Shown piece after piece: positions 59,161-64,000 of a stretch of DNA of 64,000 nt (position 1 is the stretch's first letter; the number at the start of each line of letters is the position of its first letter). Location: positions 3,360,001 to 3,424,000 of the forward strand of contig CBDFJF010000002.1 of the NCBI GenBank assembly GCA_965248265.1, written 5' to 3'. The position numbers were made by a program, and so were the translations under genes. Source of the stretch: Candidatus Latescibacterota bacterium. GTDB taxonomy: Bacteria; Latescibacterota; UBA2968; UBA8231. The notes below the pieces were generated by a model. That model worked only from the letters and a program-made list of their open reading frames with translations. It was not told the origin of the DNA and ran no database searches.

Positions 59161-59237
59161 GAGCTATTAGCTCAGCTGGATAGAGCGCTAGCCTCCGGAG
59201 CTAGAGGTCACAGGTTCGAATCCTGTATAGCTCGCCA
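59161..59237 (+). tRNA. tRNA-Arg(CCG)
   Basis: Cloverleaf; anticodon arm CTAGC-CT-CCG-GA-GCTAG; GGTTCGAATCC; encoded CCA. Confidence 0.96.
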
Positions 59238-59250
59238 TCTGTCGACAGGT

Positions 59251-59327
<77 letters not shown>

Positions 59328-59436
59328 TCGTTTAGTGAGATTGGGCTAGGATTCGTCGACAAAGAGGATTCCTGGCCCATTCTTCGTTCACGTACACGTT
59401 CACGGACATGGTTGGTAGGCTGGAGGGTAGGTACGT

Positions 59437-59514
59437 CGGGGTGTAGCGCAGTCCGGTTAGCGCACCTGCTTCGGGAGCAGGGGGTCGGCGGTTCGAATCC
59501 GCCCACCCCGACCA
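59437..59514 (+). tRNA. tRNA-Pro(CGG)
   Basis: CCTGC-TT-CGG-GA-GCAGG; GGTTCGAATCC; CCA. Confidence 0.95.
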
Positions 59515-59604
59515 GCCAGCAATTAGAAGCAATCCAACTAACTCATTTCTCCTTTAGCTCCTCCGATTCCGCTACTCGCAGTTCCATCGTCTAGCAAGCC
59601 CACA

Positions 59605-60528
59605 ATGCGCCCCGTCGTTATCGCTGGACCCACTGCCGTTGGCAAGAGCAAGGTGGCTGTCAGTCTGGCCAGGGAATTGGGGGCTCAGATCATTTCTGTC
59701 GATTCTCGGCAGGTCTACCGATACATGGATATAGGCACTGCAAAGCCCGATCGCGAAGATCTGGAGGCCGTCCCTCACCATCTGATCGATTTCATTGCGC
59801 CCGATGAACAGTACAGTGCGGGGACTTTTGGTCGCGACGCCGCAAGTATAGTGGCTCGTCTTGCCGGCAACGGAACTCGGGCTCTGCTCGTCGGTGGCTC
59901 AGGGTTGTATCTGTCTGCGTTTGTGGATGGGTTCTTTGACGCGGGTGAAGGAGATTTTGCCGCCGTCAGGAGGAACCTCCGAGAACGTCTGAAGCACGAG
60001 GGGCTGGAGGTCCTGTATCGCGAACTGGGCCAGCTCGATCCACACACTCAGCTCTCACTCGAAGCGAACGACGAGCAACGCATACTCCGAGCCCTTGAAC
60101 TCGTGCCAGCGGGAGGGATGCAGCGATTGGCGAGGCACCAGGAACTGCACACGACACAGTGTCCACCGCTGATGATCTGTTTGGGGATGGATCGACAGCA
60201 GCTCTATGACAGAATCGACGACCGAGTCAACGCCATGGTCGAGGCGGGCTGGGTTGCAGAAGTAAAGGGCCTTGTCGAGCGAGGGTTCGATGAAGGGGCC
60301 GTGGGGATGAATTCTCTTGGATATGGCGAGATTCTGTCGGTTTTGAGAGGAACCAGCTCCCTGGATTTGGCGCTCGAGAGGATCAAGCGTCGCTCGAGGC
60401 AATACGCCAAGAGGCAGTTGACATGGTTCCGCAGGGATCGGCGCATGCGCTGGTTGGATATCGCTCAATTGGGCCATGATGGCGTCCTCGACCGGATCAT
60501 GAGACAAACGACTACGGCGGACGCCTGA
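59605..60528 (+). CDS. miaA: tRNA dimethylallyltransferase
   Basis: GPTAVGKS, DSRQVYRYMDIGTAKP, GGSGLY and YAKRQLTWFR motifs. Confidence 0.97.
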   Translation: MRPVVIAGPTAVGKSKVAVSLARELGAQIISVDSRQVYRYMDIGTAKPDREDLEAVPHHLIDFIAPDEQYSAGTFGRDAASIVARLAGNGTRALLVGGSGLYLSAFVDGFFDAGEGDFAAVRRNLRERLKHEGLEVLYRELGQLDPHTQLSLEANDEQRILRALELVPAGGMQRLARHQELHTTQCPPLMICLGMDRQQLYDRIDDRVNAMVEAGWVAEVKGLVERGFDEGAVGMNSLGYGEILSVLRGTSSLDLALERIKRRSRQYAKRQLTWFRRDRRMRWLDIAQLGHDGVLDRIMRQTTTADA

Positions 60529-60544
60529 GGGCGCGTTGTTCGCA

Positions 60545-60573
60545 TTGACTCAACGGGTTAGCCCATTTATGTT
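60545..60573 (+). promoter_or_regulatory. Sigma70 promoter of the tRNA-Gly locus
   Basis: TTGACT-N17-TATGTT. Confidence 0.6.
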
Positions 60574-60608
60574 AACGATCTTATTAGCTCTTTCAACGTC
60601 TTTTCGGA

Positions 60609-60647
60609 GCGGGAGTAGTTCAGGGGTAGAACGCAAGCTTCCCAAGC
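60609..60647 (+). pseudogene. 5' half of tRNA-Gly(CCC), truncated; probable att site
   Basis: GCGGGAGTAGTTCAGGGGTAGAACGCAAGCTTCCCAAGC, after which the sequence diverges; no T-arm follows. Confidence 0.85.
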
Positions 60648-61198
60648 CGCACGTTTTGTCGCGCTAACTCTCTGAACCTCAGTAAGTTAACGCCACCCTG
60701 CCGGATCCCGCCTCCCAAATTGCTCCCGGAAATTTAATCTATAAAGGATTGTCCCACCTGTGGGACAAGTTTAAACAATTTGCGCTGTGTGCCCCACAAA
60801 CGAGAACCAGCCGGTTTTTTCGTTGAAATTCGCCCCTCGCTGACGTATCTTGCCCCACAAGTTAGCTTGCAGCCATAGGTCTCGGGCTACCATAGCCCGT
60901 AGTCAATAAGCCCTAAGCCATTGTGTCACATGGGCTTGTCCGGTATCAACTGTGGGGCGTCCTCCAAATCCCTCCCTGCAGGAGGGGGTGCCGCATCTGG
61001 GACGCATGCAATTATGTAAAGATGTATGCGTCCATGTGCGCTAGTCATCTCCCCCACCAACACCACCAGCAACAACCGACACGCCACCAGGACAACGCCT
61101 ATGCCGTTTACCCAGCCTCAAGCACTCTCATCGTCCTCGCATTGGTTGCGCACCCAGGCATACCCACAACACCCATTGCCACTATTTTCAGATACTTG

Positions 61199-61227
61199 TT
61201 GTCCATGACATATTGTCATCCTATATT
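61199..61227 (+). promoter_or_regulatory. Promoter with an internal palindromic operator
   Basis: TTGTCC-N17-TATATT; the spacer contains ATGACA-TAT-TGTCAT (61205-61219). Confidence 0.75.
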
Positions 61228-61286
61228 AAGTGACAGTCACGGGGCACACTGCCCCTGGCTACTCACTCACACTCGGAAGGTGAACC

Positions 61287-61451
61287 ATGGTAACCAAGCT
61301 CAAGATCAGTAGGCCCAAACAGGGAACCAGGCTCAAGAAGGTGGAATGTGAATCATGCGGGTACACGGCACGCGTTACCAAGGTCTGGCTGGAGATGTTG
61401 GGACCGCCACTGTGCCCATGCAATCGCAAGGCAATGACGGTAGTCGATTAG
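61287..61451 (+). CDS. 54-aa zinc-ribbon protein (like the C-terminus of phage SprT-like proteins)
   Basis: Hand-translated MVTKLKISRPKQGTRLKKVECESCGYTARVTKVWLEMLGPPLCPCNRKAMTVVD*; GGAAGG SD. Confidence 0.75.
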   Translation: MVTKLKISRPKQGTRLKKVECESCGYTARVTKVWLEMLGPPLCPCNRKAMTVVD

Positions 61452-61524
61452 CAAGCGTTCGTTAACACCAGGGGCTTGGTGCCCCTGGTGCACTCACTCA
61501 CTCACCAGAAGGAGCATCACAACC

Positions 61525-61767
61525 ATGACAACGCAAGCAAGGCAGCGACAATTCGAGAAAGAATGGGCAGCCCGTCCCTGGCATTCTGTAGCGTGCCACA
61601 CAGGCAGCGAAGCGGATGCGGCTCGCATTATAGCCCGTCAACGGGGGGTGTGCTTCCAGGCCGTGAATCTGGCTCACCAGGAGCACACCTTGATACTGGT
61701 TGACTGCCCGTCAACGGCACGTGTTGTACGTACCTGGATACGCAAGGAGCGCAAGCTGAACAGATAG
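61525..61767 (+). CDS. Small hypothetical protein (80 aa)
   Basis: AAGGAG SD and the repeated leader motif. Confidence 0.7.
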   Translation: MTTQARQRQFEKEWAARPWHSVACHTGSEADAARIIARQRGVCFQAVNLAHQEHTLILVDCPSTARVVRTWIRKERKLNR

Positions 61768-61857
61768 GCAACACCAGGGGCGAGGGTGTTGACGTTTGGC
61801 ACCCCCCCCTAAGTCCCCCCCCTCACTCACTCACTCACTCAAATCTGGAGGTCAGCA

Positions 61858-62367
61858 ATGAGCGCATACGTAGTAGAACGAGATCACATCCGCTATATGG
61901 TCGAGGCCGCTGTATCAGGCACGTACCACAGTGGCGGGTTACGCTGGGTCACGGGGTCACGGGTCGAGGGCACGGCACAGTGCCACACTCTTGACCAGGG
62001 TGACCTGGAGCACGCTGCGCGGATCGGGCAAATGCTATGGGATGAAAACGTCAAGAGCGTTTGCTATAGGTACGATGAACCCGCCGACTCAACCGACTTG
62101 CCCGGCCCGGTAGGCGAAACCTATACCTACGAGGTGCACCCGCTCACCAGCAGCACGGTAGACCCGCTGGCCGTGTTCCAGGTGCTCAGTTGCTACGAGT
62201 ACCAGACGTGCGAGCACCCTGGATGGAACGACAGCGAAGCCTATACAATCGTCCAGGCGATCAAAGACAAGATGATTCGGCGTATCAGCGATGATGCACC
62301 GGGTTGGGGCGACGTGCCCAAGCTGCAGCCGTTCACGGGCATATCGCTATCCTCACTCATCAGATAA
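61858..62367 (+). CDS. Phage/plasmid-type hypothetical protein (169 aa)
   Basis: GGAGG SD; conserved-looking GQMLWDENVKSV..RY and CYEYQTCEHPGW..SEA blocks. Confidence 0.85.
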   Translation: MSAYVVERDHIRYMVEAAVSGTYHSGGLRWVTGSRVEGTAQCHTLDQGDLEHAARIGQMLWDENVKSVCYRYDEPADSTDLPGPVGETYTYEVHPLTSSTVDPLAVFQVLSCYEYQTCEHPGWNDSEAYTIVQAIKDKMIRRISDDAPGWGDVPKLQPFTGISLSSLIR

Positions 62368-62379
62368 CTGGAGGGAATC

Positions 62380-62616
62380 ATGGGAGTTCGTTCAAGCGCA
62401 TGGACGGGCGAATCACTCCGTGCGTTTCGGGAATCATTCAAAAGCACGCGCAAGCCCAAGGGACGGGGGCGCTTTCGTCCTCACCTGTCGCGTGCTGAGT
62501 TCGCCAAGCGGCTGGAGATCACAGAGCGCACCCTGGCCCGTTGGGAAAACGGAGAAACCGCTATACCGGCAGTTGCTCAACAGCTGCTCACCGTGATGCG
62601 CTCGCGTCAACGGTAG
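62380..62616 (+). CDS. XRE-family HTH regulator (Aca-like position)
   Basis: LSRAEFAKRLEITERTLARWENGETAIP; GGAGG SD. Confidence 0.85.
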   Translation: MGVRSSAWTGESLRAFRESFKSTRKPKGRGRFRPHLSRAEFAKRLEITERTLARWENGETAIPAVAQQLLTVMRSRQR

Positions 62617-63058
62617 CCCGTCGGCGCTTCCTCTTACCCGTGCCCGGTGTCGTCCGCAAGCTGGCGGCGCTGGGCACGATGGCTTTGCGCATAAACTTGC
62701 GTACCTGTCGCATCCGCTTCGGATTGCCCAGCAACTCAGCGAAACGCTCAGCATCCAGGCCCAACGCGTCATGCCAGACCGTCTGTGTGGTCAAGAAGGT
62801 CGCCGGATCTGGCTGAGTCACTATGGGCACCAGGCGATCGAGGCCGTTACCAGCTCGGCACTTAATCCCTACCCGCTTCCACTCTCCAGACAATACTCGT
62901 CCATTGCGCCGCCTCACCTGAGCAGAGGCTATACGTACCCGGTCCGCCGCCGCTGAGTGCCACACAAACCAATGTGAAATAGCCGTGTTCAGCACCCCGC
63001 AGGCCAATCGCCTATACCCTGCCATGTCGTCCAAATCCCTATACCCCCGTGTTTGCAT
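62588..63058 (-). CDS. Phage-like hypothetical basic protein
   Basis: 156-aa ORF convergent with the HTH gene. Confidence 0.6.
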   Translation of the reverse strand: MQTRGYRDLDDMAGYRRLACGVLNTAISHWFVWHSAAADRVRIASAQVRRRNGRVLSGEWKRVGIKCRAGNGLDRLVPIVTQPDPATFLTTQTVWHDALGLDAERFAELLGNPKRMRQVRKFMRKAIVPSAASLRTTPGTGKRKRRRATVDASASR

Positions 63059-63174
63059 TTTAGTGTATATTCACCAGTAGGTCGGTGGGAGCACCGACCT
63101 ACACCACCCTCCAGGTGGTGAGTGAGTGCCCCCGTTGACCCCTGGTTGACGGGGGTCTACTCATACCTACCACA

Positions 63175-63212
63175 AAGGGCGGCCCCCATTCAGGGAACCG
63201 CCCTCTTCGTTT
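63175..63212. terminator. GC-rich hairpin, possibly a bidirectional terminator
   Basis: AGGGCGG...CCGCCCT flanked by AAA and by CTTCGTTTT. Confidence 0.5.
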
Positions 63213-63703
63213 TAGGAACCGCAGGCGCATGACTATATCGCGGGTGAGCCCTCCAATCGGCCCACGACACGCGTAGCGGTCAAGCCTGCGCTACAGGGCG
63301 CACGAACGCCCGCCCTTTGATATACCACCGGTCGGGTGGTGGCAACGCTCCCACGCTGCACCCTCTCGGGCTTCAGGACGGACAAAAGCTGCCCCATCCT
63401 CCAGGACGCTTACCGGCTGTACGCCACTCCTTTTACCATCGGTCGGGTAACGTTTAAACGATACCACATTCCGCAAGAAAAGTCCACAACTTTCTGCGCC
63501 CCAGCAGCTTACTCAATTTCTGGTTCATAGCAATGCGCTATGCTATGCCACTGTGCGCCATGAGTGGATTGTTGGTTCTGTGGTGGGGCAAAATCCAACT
63601 ATTTTGCCTGTATGCCCCACAAACTAAAATCCGGTCATTTTTCGCTTGCGGCGGGGTGTTTAAATGGCTTTCTTGCTATTCACTGGAGGGTGGTTTAAAC
63701 GGT

Positions 63704-64000
63704 ATGGCTAATGAGATACAGGTGGCTCGCGAGCTGCGCGAGTTGACTCAACGGCAGCTTGCGGAGCGCACCCAAGTGTCGAAATCAGGTATTTCGCGAC
63801 TCGAAGGTGGTGAGGTGGAGCGAGTCGCGGTGAAGGATGTACGGGCGGTGTGTGTTGAGCTGGATCTGGCGTTAGAGGCGGTCGTCCCCCACAACACGGA
63901 CCACCAAAACGATGTGCGAGCGCAGCGCTGGATAGGCCTGATAGCCAACCAGCTACTGCGGCGCACCTCGTGGCGGCAGCTGCCCGAGGCGCTGAGTCAG
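63704..64000 (+). CDS. XRE-family HTH transcriptional regulator (partial, runs off the window)
   Basis: Hand-translated MANEIQVARELRELTQRQLAERTQVSKSGISRLEGG...; GGAGG SD. Confidence 0.85.
   Translation, partial: MANEIQVARELRELTQRQLAERTQVSKSGISRLEGGEVERVAVKDVRAVCVELDLALEAVVPHNTDHQNDVRAQRWIGLIANQLLRRTSWRQLPEALSQ

Larger units (their letters stand above)
60648..64000. mobile_element. Left end of a prophage/ICE-like genomic island (continues beyond the window)
   Basis: Starts at a broken tRNA; abrupt switch to small phage-like ORFs, two XRE HTH genes and repeated motifs; no integrase visible in the window. Confidence 0.75.

Noticed and set aside
60705-60716. ATCCCGCCTCCC as a displaced tRNA-Gly 3' half, or an intron-containing tRNA
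   Set aside because: It lacks the GGTTCRA T-loop and CCA and cannot complete a cloverleaf; no group I intron core is visible.
60923-61312. 129-aa His/Gln-rich ORF and the nested 60-aa ORF
   Set aside because: Low-complexity translation with no SD; it runs through a clear promoter/operator and overlaps the better-supported 61287 ORF.
61238-61860. Repeated hairpins as a CRISPR array or integron attC sites
   Set aside because: The repeats are degenerate and separated by whole genes. There is no constant spacer length, no cas gene or integron integrase, and no clear RYYYAAC/GTTRRRY box pairing.
63291-63530. Short 61-aa (minus) and 64-aa (plus) ORFs in the island intergenic region
   Set aside because: No SD or recognisable motifs, and they overlap the putative promoter/operator.

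Overview
A GC-rich (about 60% by eye) bacterial chromosome segment. Its gene content suggests a diderm, FCB-related lineage such as Latescibacterota or Gemmatimonadota, which is an inference only. Bases 1 to ~60.6 kb are mostly housekeeping and accessory genes. They include a CBS-flanked 2-oxoacid:ferredoxin oxidoreductase pair, hemE with three large unknown proteins, mocA-xdhC-nitrilase, and an ECF sigma/anti-sigma operon. They also include an intact frameshifting IS630, ftsH, and a 9-gene PspA/polyamine/DUF4178/DUF350/K+ channel cluster. Further on are hisI-cysC-pyrH-purB, a TatT-type TRAP (TPAT) system, mreBC, HU with an overlapping bS22-like micro-gene, three tRNAs and miaA. At 60609-60647 a promoter-bearing tRNA-Gly(CCC) breaks off just after its anticodon loop and a phage/ICE-like island begins. 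The island holds a promoter with an internal palindromic operator, three small unknown genes that each carry a repeated hairpin+(CTCA)n leader, and a terminal HTH gene. This is the architecture of acr-aca anti-defence operons. It also has a hairpin-dense intergenic region and a divergent XRE switch. Several ORFs missing from the supplied track were read by hand, including a stand-alone FliF-C-like peptide upstream of mreB. All family assignments come from motif recognition by eye; no database search was run.
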